Assembly (NCBI GenBank): GCA_028714635.1
Contig: JAQTLZ010000001.1
Span: 15,650-79,649, forward strand
Direction of reading: 5' to 3'
From: Minisyncoccota bacterium
Lineage (GTDB): Bacteria > Patescibacteriota > Minisyncoccia > Phycocordibacterales > JAQTLZ01
Length of the DNA: 64,000 nucleotides
Below are positions 39,456-50,900 of this stretch, piece by piece (position 1 is the stretch's first letter; each line of letters begins with the position of its first letter). The notes below the pieces were generated by a model that saw nothing but the letters and a program-made list of their open reading frames with translations, was not told where the DNA came from and did no database searches. Position numbers and translations under genes: made by a program.

Positions 39456-40622
39456 ATGTCTCAAACCAACGAGGTCAAACTTTCCAGGCATGTGCCATTC
39501 GGCTATCGGCGCGAACCGGCAGGCGAACTCGTGCCGGACCCCGTCGAGGCTCCCATTCGAAAGGAGCTTTACGAGCTTTTTCTCCGTCATGGCCGCAAAA
39601 AGACAGTCGCCAAATTACTGAACGAAGCTGGCCACCGCACGCGCGACGGGTCGCTTTTTTCAGACGCAACAATCGGCAGGTTGCTCCGCGATCCCATCGT
39701 GACCGGCGCTGCAACCTCGACGTTCAAGATCGAGCCGCTTATTTCGGAAGAAGTTTGGCGGCAGTGCCAGGAATTGCTGCAACATCCCGTTCCGAAAACA
39801 CCGGCACATCTCTTCGCCGGAATCGTCCAGTGCGCGTGTGGCACGAAAATGTACGTGCCAACGAACTCCGACAAATATGTTTGCGCGAACTGCCGGCGAA
39901 AGGTTCCAGCACGTCGTCTTGAAAACATCTTCTTCGACCAGTTCAAAACCTGCTTCCTGGTGCCGCTCGAAACCGGAAGCGAAGGCGGTGAACTGGTCCA
40001 GAATGTTCAAATCTGGCCGCACTTCACGCCTGAAGAGAAACGGCAGGTCGTCGAATCAATGACACAATCGATCGTTGTCGCTGATCGGAGGATCGACATT
40101 AACCTGTATTATTTGCCTTCGGTAAAAGACATGACAAATTGGCAACACGAACAAATTGGCAACAAGTCCGGCGAACGCCAGTCTACGCGCGTCCATGAAA
40201 GTCCGCTGCGGTTCAACGTAGATACCCGTGAACTCCGGCACGGCGAAACGTCATTGACGTACAAGCTCAATGAAACCACCCGCAACTTTCTCACGGTTTT
40301 GGCGCTCAATATCACAAACGGGATACACCTCCCGCTCGAACTCGACCGGCCCTTCGCGGACGGAGCCAGTTGCACAACGCGCAATGCCCTCGATACCCTG
40401 CGTAAACAGATCGGGGCGGTGATCTGCAAGCGCCTCATCAAAACCGAGCGCGGTTCAGCCACAAGGCCCGGCGGCGTCAGGCTTCAGAATGTAGAAATTG
40501 CTGGCGTTGGGAAGCGGGAAATCACTCTCAATCCCGAAGCTGTCCACGCCGCCAAATCCAACCGAACCGGCCAGTCCGCAAGGCAGCGCAAGCCACTTTC
40601 CGGTGAGCATTTTGAGCGTTGA
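39456..40622 (+). CDS. Truncated serine-recombinase DNA-binding domains fused to a wHTH-like C-terminus
   Basis: Starts at PFGY with a recombinase domain and CxC...CxxC zinc ribbon; no N-terminal RxS catalytic domain. Confidence 0.65.
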   Translation: MSQTNEVKLSRHVPFGYRREPAGELVPDPVEAPIRKELYELFLRHGRKKTVAKLLNEAGHRTRDGSLFSDATIGRLLRDPIVTGAATSTFKIEPLISEEVWRQCQELLQHPVPKTPAHLFAGIVQCACGTKMYVPTNSDKYVCANCRRKVPARRLENIFFDQFKTCFLVPLETGSEGGELVQNVQIWPHFTPEEKRQVVESMTQSIVVADRRIDINLYYLPSVKDMTNWQHEQIGNKSGERQSTRVHESPLRFNVDTRELRHGETSLTYKLNETTRNFLTVLALNITNGIHLPLELDRPFADGASCTTRNALDTLRKQIGAVICKRLIKTERGSATRPGGVRLQNVEIAGVGKREITLNPEAVHAAKSNRTGQSARQRKPLSGEHFER

Positions 40623-40633
40623 CCTAGCCGAAG

Positions 40634-40670
40634 ACCGGCGCATCACCGGCGTAAGTCCGGCGTAACACCG
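40634..40670 (+). repeat. Three direct repeats with 11-bp period (CCGGCG core)
   Basis: accggcgcatc accggcgtaag tccggcgtaac accg. Confidence 0.75.
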
Positions 40671-40817
40671 ATTTTTATATTTTTTAACTCCCTTTCAAAT
40701 CAGGACTTGCGCTTGGCGCCGGACTTCCAGCGAGTGTTTTCCATCAATAGGTATGGGGCGAACATGATTGCTTCGTTGCTCATGCCGCTTTGGAACGCCT
40801 CTGAGGGTCAATCCTCC

Positions 40818-41120
40818 ATGCCGCACTCGCAGTCTCAGCAAATTCCAGCCACAGAAATACAAGAAATCGGCACAGAATCTTTCACAGATTTTACTGGACA
40901 GGATGACGCGGCTCGAGGTAATGTCCCTGTGTCCGCAGGACCGACAAGGCCGCTCGCGTTGAACAGGATTACGGACGAATTGCTCGACGATACGCTGCGG
41001 GTCTGGTCGGGAGCCTACGGCCAAACAATGACCGAAGACGATGGCGTGGAAATCCTGCTCAACGTCAAGCGTCTGGCCGAAGTGCTTATGAAGTCAGGAC
41101 AAAAAGGAGATATGCGATGA
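40818..41120 (+). CDS. Small hypothetical protein coupled to the recombinase
   Basis: ATGA overlap with 41117; start uncertain (40764 or 40818). Confidence 0.55.
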   Translation: MPHSQSQQIPATEIQEIGTESFTDFTGQDDAARGNVPVSAGPTRPLALNRITDELLDDTLRVWSGAYGQTMTEDDGVEILLNVKRLAEVLMKSGQKGDMR

Positions 41121-42712
41121 ACGTGATTGTCTGGGCGCGGGTCTCGTCCCGCGAGCAGCGCGAAGGATACTCCCTTGACGCGCAGCTTCGCGCCGCGCGT
41201 GAACGTGCGACAAAGAACGGCTGGACGGTTCTCAAGGAGTTCGTGGTCGCGGAATCGGCCCGGCGTGGTGCCGAGCGGGTGGCTTTCAACGAGATGTTTC
41301 AATGGGTGAAAGCCAACGCCAAACGTGATGGCATCAAAGCAATTCTGAGCCACAAACTGGATCGTGTCTGCCGCAATATGCGCGACGCGGTGCGCTTGCA
41401 AGAACTTGAAGACACCTGCGGCGTGCATCTGGCCTTCGTCGAAAACCAGTTTGGGCCGGGAGCCGCGGGCGCGCTGTCGTTTAACGTCATGGCCGCCGTG
41501 GCTCAGTATTACTCCGACAACCTGCGCAACGAAGTCTTGAAGGGCATGGATGAAAAAGTCCGGCAGGGCTGGCCCACGGGACTTGCGCCGTTCGGATACC
41601 AGAACGTGGAGAACCGCAACGAGCCGGTGGTTCCGCATCCCGTCGAATCCATAGCAGTGGCGCGCATTTTCGAGTTGTACTCGTCTGGCAACTGGACATT
41701 CAAAAGTCTCGGTGACCAGCTTGAGCGGGAGGGCATCATCTACCGTCCAAGCCAGCCGCGCTTTACGTCCTCGGCGCTCTCAAAGATTCTCAACAACCGA
41801 TTCTACATGGGCCAGATTATCCGCCGCGGCCAGGCTTTCCCCGGCAAGTACCGCGCGCTGATTGACCGCAGCGTCTTTGAAGCCTGTCAGCAGTTGCTCC
41901 ACGGCAAGAACCGGCGCACGGGCAATCCCGAAATCATGCTCTCCGGCGGCATCCTGCGCTGCGCGCATTGCGGCCACGCCATCACCGGAGAGTTCATCCG
42001 GCGCAAGCTGAGATGCGGCGGCGTCAATGTCCACACGTACTACAAATGCGGCAATAACAACCAGGCGCCGGAACATCCCAAAGTCCGCTGGCGCGAAGAG
42101 GCTGTTGAAGAAGCGCTCTTGCACGAGTTCCTTGCTCTGAAGCTGCCCACGCCGGAATCGGCGGAGTGGTTCCGAACAGCCTTGCGGGCCGGATTTGCGA
42201 ACGTGGATGAAAACCAGCGCCGCCAAAAGCAAATGTTGGGCAAGCGCACAACTGAATTGGTGAACATGCAGGACCGGTTGTTGAATGGCTATCTGGCTGG
42301 AGCCATTGACGAGGCAGTTTTCAACCGCAAATCCACCGAGTTGAAAGCGCAAGCCGTGGAGACTCAAAGCGCTCTGGAAAAGGCGGATGCGTACGATCCC
42401 GAAGCGGCGGAGCGCGCCCTGTCAGTGTTCGACTTCAGCCAGAATTTGGCCGAGCGCTGGCGCGGTTCGAACTATTCAGTCCGGCGTGAAATCCTGCTCT
42501 GCGTGAGTTCGAACCGGCTCCTTGGCACTACAACTCTTGAACTGCAAAAGAGAAAGCCCTTCGACGCGCTCGCCGAAGATCTCGTTTTGAAGATTGGTCG
42601 GGGCGACTGTACAGACTTCGAACCAACTTCTTTCATTGATTCATTCCTTCGTCCACCCGAACCGCACATTCTAACCGCTGCGCGATTGGAACGGGAGAAC
42701 ACTTTCTGTTAA
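41117..42712 (+). CDS. Large serine recombinase
   Basis: ARVSSREQ (catalytic Ser), DRVCRN, APFGY, CxxCG...YYKC zinc ribbon, coiled coil. Confidence 0.95.
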   Translation: MNVIVWARVSSREQREGYSLDAQLRAARERATKNGWTVLKEFVVAESARRGAERVAFNEMFQWVKANAKRDGIKAILSHKLDRVCRNMRDAVRLQELEDTCGVHLAFVENQFGPGAAGALSFNVMAAVAQYYSDNLRNEVLKGMDEKVRQGWPTGLAPFGYQNVENRNEPVVPHPVESIAVARIFELYSSGNWTFKSLGDQLEREGIIYRPSQPRFTSSALSKILNNRFYMGQIIRRGQAFPGKYRALIDRSVFEACQQLLHGKNRRTGNPEIMLSGGILRCAHCGHAITGEFIRRKLRCGGVNVHTYYKCGNNNQAPEHPKVRWREEAVEEALLHEFLALKLPTPESAEWFRTALRAGFANVDENQRRQKQMLGKRTTELVNMQDRLLNGYLAGAIDEAVFNRKSTELKAQAVETQSALEKADAYDPEAAERALSVFDFSQNLAERWRGSNYSVRREILLCVSSNRLLGTTTLELQKRKPFDALAEDLVLKIGRGDCTDFEPTSFIDSFLRPPEPHILTAARLERENTFC

Positions 42713-42736
42713 ACGCTCATGCGAAAATGGCGCGGC

Positions 42737-43000
42737 TCATTTGAGGTACGCATGCACGATGTCAATCAACTCCGAGGCGGACTCTTTCTGTTTCTGCGAA
42801 CCAGTATCGGAAAGTTGATGAATGTGAGCTTCGATGATCTCCGCCATGAGACCGTTGAGCGCGCCACGGCAAGCCGCCGCGTTCTGGAGAATTTTGAACG
42901 TGTGCCGGTCTTGCGCAAGCATGTTTTCCACGCCGTTAAGCTGTCCCCGGATCCGGCTGATGCGTTGGAGCAGTTTCTTTTTGTGGCGCGGGTCAAGCAT
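42737..43000 (-). CDS. CsoR/RcnR/FrmR family repressor
   Basis: RISRIRGQLNGV...RGALNGLM...H; ATAC-N9-GTAT operator-like site at 43014-43030. Confidence 0.85.
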   Translation of the reverse strand: MLDPRHKKKLLQRISRIRGQLNGVENMLAQDRHTFKILQNAAACRGALNGLMAEIIEAHIHQLSDTGSQKQKESASELIDIVHAYLK

Positions 43001-43118
43001 GAACGATATTACAATACACCAGTATAGTATTATCAAGGGCAGAAATCTGTTAAAAAGCAGCGCTTATGCACACCTCTATTCAAGAATTTCTGTTATACTT
43101 GAGGCGTTGTAAATTTAA

Positions 43119-46100
43119 TTGAAATCAATGACGAGAAAGGGCCTGAGTCAGTTTTCCATTGGGATGTCAGCTCTTTTGCTGTTGGCAATTTTCCTTGCTG
43201 CCGGGTCCGTTCTCGCCGTCCCGCCGGATTCACCGTACGCGCCGGGAGAGACACTTGATCCCGCGTGTGCTCCTGGGGAACCGAATTGCACGGTGAGCAC
43301 AATTTCCCCCTGGGGAAGCATTACGGGCACGCTTTCCAACCAAACTGATTTGCAGTCCGCGCTGGACGCGAAGGCATCGACCACCGCGAATATTTCCGGC
43401 TTCACCAACGACATCGGTTATCAAACCGCCGCAAATGTTTCCACGTACGTCACGGGGCTTCCCATTTCAACATTCACAAACGATGCCGGCTTCATCACCA
43501 ATTCTTCTTTGAGCGGGTATGTTCCGTACACGGGCGCCACGGGGAATGTCAATTTGGGCGCAAACAATCTCACAACGTCTGGCACGCTCTCCGCCGCTAA
43601 TCTTTCCGGCGTCAACACCGGAGACCTCACCTTGAGTGACGTAACGGGTCTTTCTCTTTCCGGACAAGTGCTTTCCGTTACCTCTGGCTATGCCATTCCG
43701 CTTACCGCTTCGACCACGAACTGGAACAGCTTCTTAGACACGCCGTCCACCCGTATCAGCGCGGGTACTGGCCTTTCATGGAGCGGGAATACGCTCAATG
43801 CTACAGGCGGTGCCGGCTCCGTCACCTCCGTTGACGCCTCCGGCGGCGCGACCGGCCTTTCCTTCAGCGGCGGCCCGATCACTACATCCGGCACGTTGAC
43901 GCTTTCAGGCATTCTTGGTGTGGGAAGCGGAGGCACGGGAACTTCCACCGCTCCGTCATTCGGTCAGGTTCTCCTCGGCAACAATTCGGGAGGGTATGAT
44001 TTGGTGGCCACTTCTTCCCTCGGATTTAGCGGTGGTCCCATTTTCGCTGACAGCCCTCTCACCGGAGACGGCACATCAGGAAATCACTTAACGATCCCCG
44101 GTCTTTTCATCAATGTTCCGAATAATGTCTATGGAATCGGGGATTCTGCGAATACGTTGGTTGGAAATACCGGAACTGATGTCAATGCACTCGGACCATT
44201 GGCCGCCCAAAGCAACATCGGCAACGATGTCAACGCTTTCGGAGGAAATGCCGCATACCAAAACATCGGGGCGAATGTAAACGCTTTGGGAAACAACGCC
44301 GGGAACGGCAATACTTCCGGCGACGTCAACGCCTTTGGTTCTTCTGCAGGTCAAGGCAACTCTGGCACCTCTCTCAATGCTTTGGGAAGCGGAGCAGGTC
44401 AAGGAAACTCCGGAGGAAACGTCAATGCTTTCGGTTCTGCTGCGGCAAACGGAAACACAGCAAACAATTTGAACGCTTTTGGAAGTGGGGCAGGCCTTTC
44501 CAACACAGGGACAGATGTAAACGCTTTCGGACAGTCTGCTGGATTCTCAAACACCGGTACCAATTCTAACTTCATGGGAAATCTGGCGGGCATAGGTAAT
44601 TCTGGAAACAATGTCAATGCTTTCGGAAATGGAGCTCTTAACAGCAACACCGGCAATGACATCGTTGCCATAGGCAACGGAGCGGGAAGTTTCAACACCT
44701 ACAACAACCTGGCTTTGTTTGGAATTGGCGCCACCGCATCTTCGAGCAATCAGGCACAGTTGGGAACAGACTCAAACCCTCTCGATACCTATATCCACGG
44801 CAACCTCTCTTTCACTGGAGGCTTGTATGACAGTGCTTCTTCACTGGGAACTTCCGGCTATGTCCTTTCCTCTACCGGTTCGCAGGTGCAGTGGGTGGCG
44901 ACCTCAACTCTCGGACTTGGAGGCTCGAGCGGGACGGTGAGTTCTGTAGATGCTTCCGGCGGTACAACAGGACTCACTTTCTCTGGTGGTCCTATTACCA
45001 CTTCAGGCACACTGACGCTTGGCGGGGTTCTGGGAACGGCAAATGGCGGGACGGGAACATCAACCACAGCGAACAACAGCATTTTTGTTACCAATGGTTC
45101 CGGCACACCATCATGGCGCACGACGCTCCCTGCCTTCACCCTCGGCGGAACAGTCACCGGCAACTCCCAAAATCTCACCGGCCTCAATCAACTCACGGTG
45201 ACCGGCGCTACTGCCACCTCCACGTTCTCGACCGGAGGCTTCACCATCGGCGGCAATCAGTTTGTGGTGCAGCAGACTTCGGGAAACATCGGCATCGGCA
45301 CTTCGGTTCCGGGATCGAGATTTCATGTTCTGTCCTCTTTCGGAAATTCATCCAATTCTATTTTCACCACAAATGATTTTGTCAGCGGTTCTACGGGAAG
45401 TGACTTATCAATTAGTTTTGGAGCAACCAGTGGCAATACATCTTCTGTCTTAACCGCCGCAACTGCAGGGGGCAGTTTATTTGGCGCAATGGAATTCGAT
45501 GCAAGCAAGTTTGCATTCATGAACGGCAACGTCGGCGTCGGCACCACTACTCCAGCGACGAAGCTCCACATCCTCGGCACCACCGAACAGCTCCGCCTCG
45601 GCTACGACGCGTCCGACTATGCTTCCTTCACGGTCGGCTCTGACGGCGCGTTTTCTATCACTCCAACAAATAGCGCCACTACTACCGTCACCAACGCGCT
45701 CGTAGCGTCAAACCTCTCTGGCACGAACACGGGAAATGTCACTCTGACAGGAGAAAATTATCTTTCGCTTTCCGGCCAGCAGATTACGGCGAGCGCAATC
45801 AATTTGAGCGGCTCGAACGTGACCGGCACATTGGCGGTCAACAAAGGCGGCACCGGAACCACCACCTTCGGCGGCGCCAACACCCTTCTTTATACCACCG
45901 CCGCCGATGCGCTTTCCTCCATCGCCACCGGCAACAACGGCGTGCTCATCACGTCCTCTGGCGGTGTACCCTCAATTTCTTCAACCCTTCCCGCTGCCGT
46001 GCAGGGCAACATCACCTCGCTTGGCACGCTCACAAGCGGCGTGTGGAACGGTTCGGCAATCGGCCCGACCTATGGCGGCACGGGCCTCACCTCCTACGCA

Positions 46101-47912
46101 ACCGGCGATCTCATCTATGCTTCAGGGTCGAATACGCTTGCAAATCGGATAATCGGAAATGCCGGTGACGTTCTTTCGGTTTCGGGCGGAGTGCCGACAT
46201 GGATGGCGACCTCGACGCTCGGTATTATCTCGTCACAATGGATCACCAATGGCCCGGATATTTATTTCAACACCGGCAACGCCGGGATCGGCATTGCGTC
46301 TCCCTCCGCCAAGCTTGATATTCTAGGCGCCACCGAACAGCTTCGCCTGCGCTACGATACGAGCGACTATTCATCACTCACTGTTGATTCAGGCGGAGGC
46401 TTGACCATTTCCGGTTCTGGCGCAAACAGCGGGAAATTATCTGCCGGAATATTTGCCGCCACCTCAAGCACAACCCCTTCAACCTTCAACGATGTTACGC
46501 TCGGAAGCCAGGTGGAAGGCGATGCCCCGGTTCAATTCGGCATTGATGGGAACGCCTGGACCATCGGCTATTTATCGGCGGACAAGTCATTCAGGATTGC
46601 GTCGTCAACAACACTCACGAGCAATGTCGCCCTTGCGGTTTTGAAAGGCGGATTGGTCGGGATTGGGACGGTCGCCCCCACTCAAACGCTCACGGTGCAG
46701 GGCGGAGTATGTGTTACGGCAGGCAACGCCTGCCCTTCGGAAGTCTCCGGCAAGATCGTGGCCCAGGGACTCATCGTCCAGAGCGCTTTTGACCTTGCGG
46801 AAAATTATCCGACGGCCGACGAGACGCTTTCCGCCGGGGAAATCGTTTCTCTCGATCCCGCAAACCCCGGATTTATCTTGCGGGCGGAACAATCAACGAT
46901 GACGCCGCTTCTCGGAATTGTCTCGACAGCTCCCGGTCTTACCCTGGGAGATTCGGCAAAGAGCAAGCCTATCGCGCTCTCCGGCCGCGTGCCCGTTAAG
47001 GTCAATCTCGAAGGCGGCGCTATCGCCGTCGGGGACAGGATCGCGCTCTCGTCCGTCCCCGGCGTCGGCAAAAAGGCCGCTCTGGCGGAAGAGTCGGTCG
47101 GCATTGCCCTGAGCGCGCTTTCTTCGCCGAATGGCACTGTCGTGGTCTTTGTCCAAAGCCGTGAGGCTGCTTCTCCGTCAATTTCTTCGCCGGGCGCTGA
47201 GACGGTTTCCTCGCTATTCTCGACACTCGCTCAACCTGTCGCGGCTGCTTTTAGATCTCTCGGCGTTGCGCTAACCGACACGGTCACTTATTTCAAAAAT
47301 CTTGTGGTCGAAAAGATTACCGCGCTCACCGGAGTGTTCGAAAGCGTGGATACGTATAATGCTCATATTAAAAATGATCTTGAGGTTGGCGGGAATGTTC
47401 AGGCCGGCGGGAATGTTTCGATTGACGGCGGGCTGCAACTCAAAGACGAGGCCACGGGCGAAACCTATTGCGTAAAAATCCGCAACGGCGACTGGAACAA
47501 AGAGAAAGGACTTTGTACGGCGGCAACCTCAACGCCTGTCCTTGCGACACCGCTGGTTGAAGCCCAAACCCCAACTCCATCTCCATCCCCGGCTCCTTCT
47601 TCTGGTGTGGGAGCGGAAGCGCCGGCACCGGCTGTTTCTCCGGAGGCAACCTCCACGCCAGATGCTTCCCCGGCTCCTTCCGCAACTTCTTCGCCGACGC
47701 CCTCCGCTTCACCTGCTTCAGATATTTCTCCAAGCCCGACTCCTTCTCCAACGAGTCCCGAACCAAGTCCTGAAATAACTTCATCGCCCGCGCCGGAAGC
47801 CACGACAACTCCTTCGCCTGAAGTGGCGCCGCCACCCGATGAACCGGCCGCGACACCAACTCCCGCGCAAGACAGCGCTCCAACTTCGGATGAACCTCCC
47901 GCAACGCCATAA
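43119..47912 (+). CDS. Giant fibre-like surface protein
   Basis: Signal/TM segment; G/S/T-rich body; ~14-aa VNAFGxxAGxxN repeats; DLAENY...IALSGRVPV chaperone-like domain; Pro/Ser/Thr tail. Confidence 0.8.
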   Translation: MKSMTRKGLSQFSIGMSALLLLAIFLAAGSVLAVPPDSPYAPGETLDPACAPGEPNCTVSTISPWGSITGTLSNQTDLQSALDAKASTTANISGFTNDIGYQTAANVSTYVTGLPISTFTNDAGFITNSSLSGYVPYTGATGNVNLGANNLTTSGTLSAANLSGVNTGDLTLSDVTGLSLSGQVLSVTSGYAIPLTASTTNWNSFLDTPSTRISAGTGLSWSGNTLNATGGAGSVTSVDASGGATGLSFSGGPITTSGTLTLSGILGVGSGGTGTSTAPSFGQVLLGNNSGGYDLVATSSLGFSGGPIFADSPLTGDGTSGNHLTIPGLFINVPNNVYGIGDSANTLVGNTGTDVNALGPLAAQSNIGNDVNAFGGNAAYQNIGANVNALGNNAGNGNTSGDVNAFGSSAGQGNSGTSLNALGSGAGQGNSGGNVNAFGSAAANGNTANNLNAFGSGAGLSNTGTDVNAFGQSAGFSNTGTNSNFMGNLAGIGNSGNNVNAFGNGALNSNTGNDIVAIGNGAGSFNTYNNLALFGIGATASSSNQAQLGTDSNPLDTYIHGNLSFTGGLYDSASSLGTSGYVLSSTGSQVQWVATSTLGLGGSSGTVSSVDASGGTTGLTFSGGPITTSGTLTLGGVLGTANGGTGTSTTANNSIFVTNGSGTPSWRTTLPAFTLGGTVTGNSQNLTGLNQLTVTGATATSTFSTGGFTIGGNQFVVQQTSGNIGIGTSVPGSRFHVLSSFGNSSNSIFTTNDFVSGSTGSDLSISFGATSGNTSSVLTAATAGGSLFGAMEFDASKFAFMNGNVGVGTTTPATKLHILGTTEQLRLGYDASDYASFTVGSDGAFSITPTNSATTTVTNALVASNLSGTNTGNVTLTGENYLSLSGQQITASAINLSGSNVTGTLAVNKGGTGTTTFGGANTLLYTTAADALSSIATGNNGVLITSSGGVPSISSTLPAAVQGNITSLGTLTSGVWNGSAIGPTYGGTGLTSYATGDLIYASGSNTLANRIIGNAGDVLSVSGGVPTWMATSTLGIISSQWITNGPDIYFNTGNAGIGIASPSAKLDILGATEQLRLRYDTSDYSSLTVDSGGGLTISGSGANSGKLSAGIFAATSSTTPSTFNDVTLGSQVEGDAPVQFGIDGNAWTIGYLSADKSFRIASSTTLTSNVALAVLKGGLVGIGTVAPTQTLTVQGGVCVTAGNACPSEVSGKIVAQGLIVQSAFDLAENYPTADETLSAGEIVSLDPANPGFILRAEQSTMTPLLGIVSTAPGLTLGDSAKSKPIALSGRVPVKVNLEGGAIAVGDRIALSSVPGVGKKAALAEESVGIALSALSSPNGTVVVFVQSREAASPSISSPGAETVSSLFSTLAQPVAAAFRSLGVALTDTVTYFKNLVVEKITALTGVFESVDTYNAHIKNDLEVGGNVQAGGNVSIDGGLQLKDEATGETYCVKIRNGDWNKEKGLCTAATSTPVLATPLVEAQTPTPSPSPAPSSGVGAEAPAPAVSPEATSTPDASPAPSATSSPTPSASPASDISPSPTPSPTSPEPSPEITSSPAPEATTTPSPEVAPPPDEPAATPTPAQDSAPTSDEPPATP

Positions 47913-47969
47913 TCCGTTTCTTTTGCCATCGTCATGCCCAGAGCGATTATCGCTTCTTAAAAACAACCC

Positions 47970-50900
47970 ATGAAAAAACTACTGCTCACACTATCTCTTG
48001 TTTCTTTCATCTTTCTTTTCAGCCCGCGGCTGGCTTTTGCCGCCACCAAATACTGGTCCGGCACCGGCACATGGAACGCCGCCAATACCAACTGGGGCAC
48101 CAGTCCGGGCGGTCCTTACAACGCCGCAACTTTCAATACCGGCGACGATGCCGTATTTGAAGGAAGCGCCGGTACTGTAACCGTATCTGCGCCGAATCAT
48201 CCCAATTCCATAACGTTCAACAAGACTGGATACACATTAAACAGCGGCACGCTGACTCTCGATGGCCCCTCAATCGCCGTAAGCTCCGGCGCCGCCACCA
48301 TCAATTCAAGCATTGCCGGCTCCGCCGGCCTTGCCAAGAGCGGTGGCGGAACGCTCACGCTATCCGGCAACAACTCCTTTACCGGCGGCTTGACCGTGAA
48401 GTCGGGCACACTCGAGGGCACGGGGAGCGTGAATGCCTTTGGCGGCTCTGGAACCGGCGCCATCACCCTCGGTGATTCCAGCGGCAGCGCCAACGCCACG
48501 CTGAGCGGCGGCGCCGGTCCATTTGCCAATCCGATCTCCGTGGCCTCCGGCAACACGGGCGCCGCCACCATCATCAGAAACGGTGTCGGCGGCAATAGCA
48601 CTTTCAGCGGCGCGGTCACGCTCAACTCGCATAACCTCGTCCTCAATCCCGGCGGCAATGCGCTCAGCATGAGCGGCGGCTTCACGGGCGCCGGAAATCT
48701 TGCATTCAATTCCTCGTTCAACTCGATCACTATTCAAACCGGCAGCGTCAACAACACGGGCACGATCACGCAATCTGGCGCCGGCGCGGTGACGGTGAGC
48801 GGCGGTGTCGGCGCCAACGTCACGGACATTATTCAAAACGGCACGGCGTCTCTCACCATCAGCACGACGGCGCTCACCGTCAATAGCGGCGGCACTACCT
48901 TGACCAACACCAGCAGTAACGGATCTCTATTGACCGTCTCCGGCGGCGTGAACGGCACGGGCAACCTCATTATCAAGAACAATACCGGCACGGCCAACGC
49001 TGTCACGCTCTCGACAAATAGCGTCAACAACACCGGCGCGGTCACCAACTCCGGCGCCGGCAGCGGCGGCGCCACCATCAGCGCGGTTGTTGGCGTCAAC
49101 GTCACTGGAGTGGTTCAAAACAGCGCCAGCTCAAGTTTGACACTCAGCGGCGCCAACACGTACACCGGCCCGACAACGGTCAGCGCCGGCACGCTTCAAG
49201 CGGGCGTGGCCTCGGTGGCAAACGTCAGCGGCGCATTTGGCAAAAACTCTACTGTGACGATGGCGAACGTTGCGGGCGCCGCCTTGAATATCACCGGCTT
49301 CAATACACAGATCGGCTCTCTCACCGGCGGCGGAGCGGCGGGCGGCAACGTGACGCTCGGATCCGCGACGCTGACGGTTGGCGGAGACAACACCAGTCCG
49401 GCGGCGTACGCGGGCGTGCTCTCCGGCGCGGGCGGCCTGACCAAGATTGGCGCCGGAACGTTGACGCTGACGGGGATAAATACCTATGCCGGCGCGACGA
49501 CCATTGCCGCGGGAACATTGAACGCAAATTCCACCTCGGCGCTCGGCAGCGGCGGCGCGGCCAACACGCTCATCTTCAGCGGCGGCGCCTTGCAAGCCTC
49601 CGGCGCCATTACTTCACCGGGCACCCGGACACTGACGCTGACCAGCACCGGCCTCATTGACACCAACGGCCAGAGCGTGAGCATTGCCGGAGTCATGAGC
49701 GGCGCGGGCGGTCTTACCAAATCCGGCGCGGGCACGCTCACCCTCTCCGCCGCCAATACCTTCACGGGCAAAACCAGCATTACCGGCGGCGCCCTGAGCG
49801 TTACCAACAATGGCAATCTCGGCGCAACCCCTGGTTCTGTCACTCCAGACAGCATCACGCTTAACGGCGGCACTCTTCAATTCACGGGCGGCACGACCGG
49901 CCAAACTGCCACGCTCGCCACCAACCGCGGCATCACGCTCGGCAGCCTGGGCGGAACCCTCAAAATCACGTACACGGTAGCGAGCGGCTCTTTCAACGCG
50001 CTGACGGACACTCCCTCATTCGTTTACTCGGGCATTATCGCCGGCACAAGCGGCGGTAACCTGGCCATCCAGGGCGGCGCTGGCACGAATAACGGATCCA
50101 ATCCGTACCTCTTTAAGTTTAATGGCGCTTCCACCTACAATGGCAACACTACCATTGATAACGCTACTCTGACCTATTTCAATTCCGGGTCGGCGGGCGA
50201 CAATCGCCTGCCTGCGAGCACAGTCCTTACTATTATCAATAATGGGGCGTTCAATATTTGCGGTCAGGCTTCCGGCACAAGGACCCAGACTCTCGCGGGT
50301 CTCATCGGTGACTCGACGGCTAAAGTCGGCGGCACGAACCAGGTAAATCCCGCTGTGCTGGCGCTCAATCCCTCTGCTTCCAGTTTCACCTGGAGCGGCG
50401 TTATTGGTGTCACCACCGTAGTCGACAAGACCGGCATAAACAGCTTGCAATCGGTGGTTAAATCCGGCGCAGGCACGGAGATTTTTGCCGGTCAAAATAC
50501 GTACGCGGGCGCGACGAACGTGAATGCCGGAGTGCTTCGGGCGGGCGTGGCTTCGGTGGCAAACGTCAGCGGCGCGTTTGGCAATAATTCAGCCGTGACC
50601 CTGGCAAATGCCGCGAGCGCCGTTTTGGACCTTGCGGACTTCAATACGCAGATTGGGTCTTTGACCGGCGGCGGCGGAACGGGCGGTAACGTGACGCTCG
50701 GATCCGCGACCCTCACGGTTGGCGGCGACAACACCAGCCCGGCGGCGTACGCGGGCGTGCTCTCCGGCGCAGGTTCTCTGGCCAAGATCGGAACAGGCGC
50801 TTTTTCAATCTCGAACACTGTCACTCTCGGCGGCGATTTTACGATTTCCGCCGGAACCGTCTCGGCTAATAGCTCTATGATGAACGTAGCTGGCAACTGG

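Noticed and set aside
42560-42660. Intact tRNA gene
   Set aside because: Only a 3'-end-like fragment is present, with no D or anticodon arms.
42704-43070. TCTGTTAAA...CGCTyATGC on both sides of the CsoR-family gene as a target duplication
   Set aside because: Only 9 bp match exactly and the rest needs a gap; this could be chance.
43119-47912. Prophage tail gene indicating a prophage
   Set aside because: The protein has a signal/TM segment, and there are no capsid, terminase or portal genes nearby.
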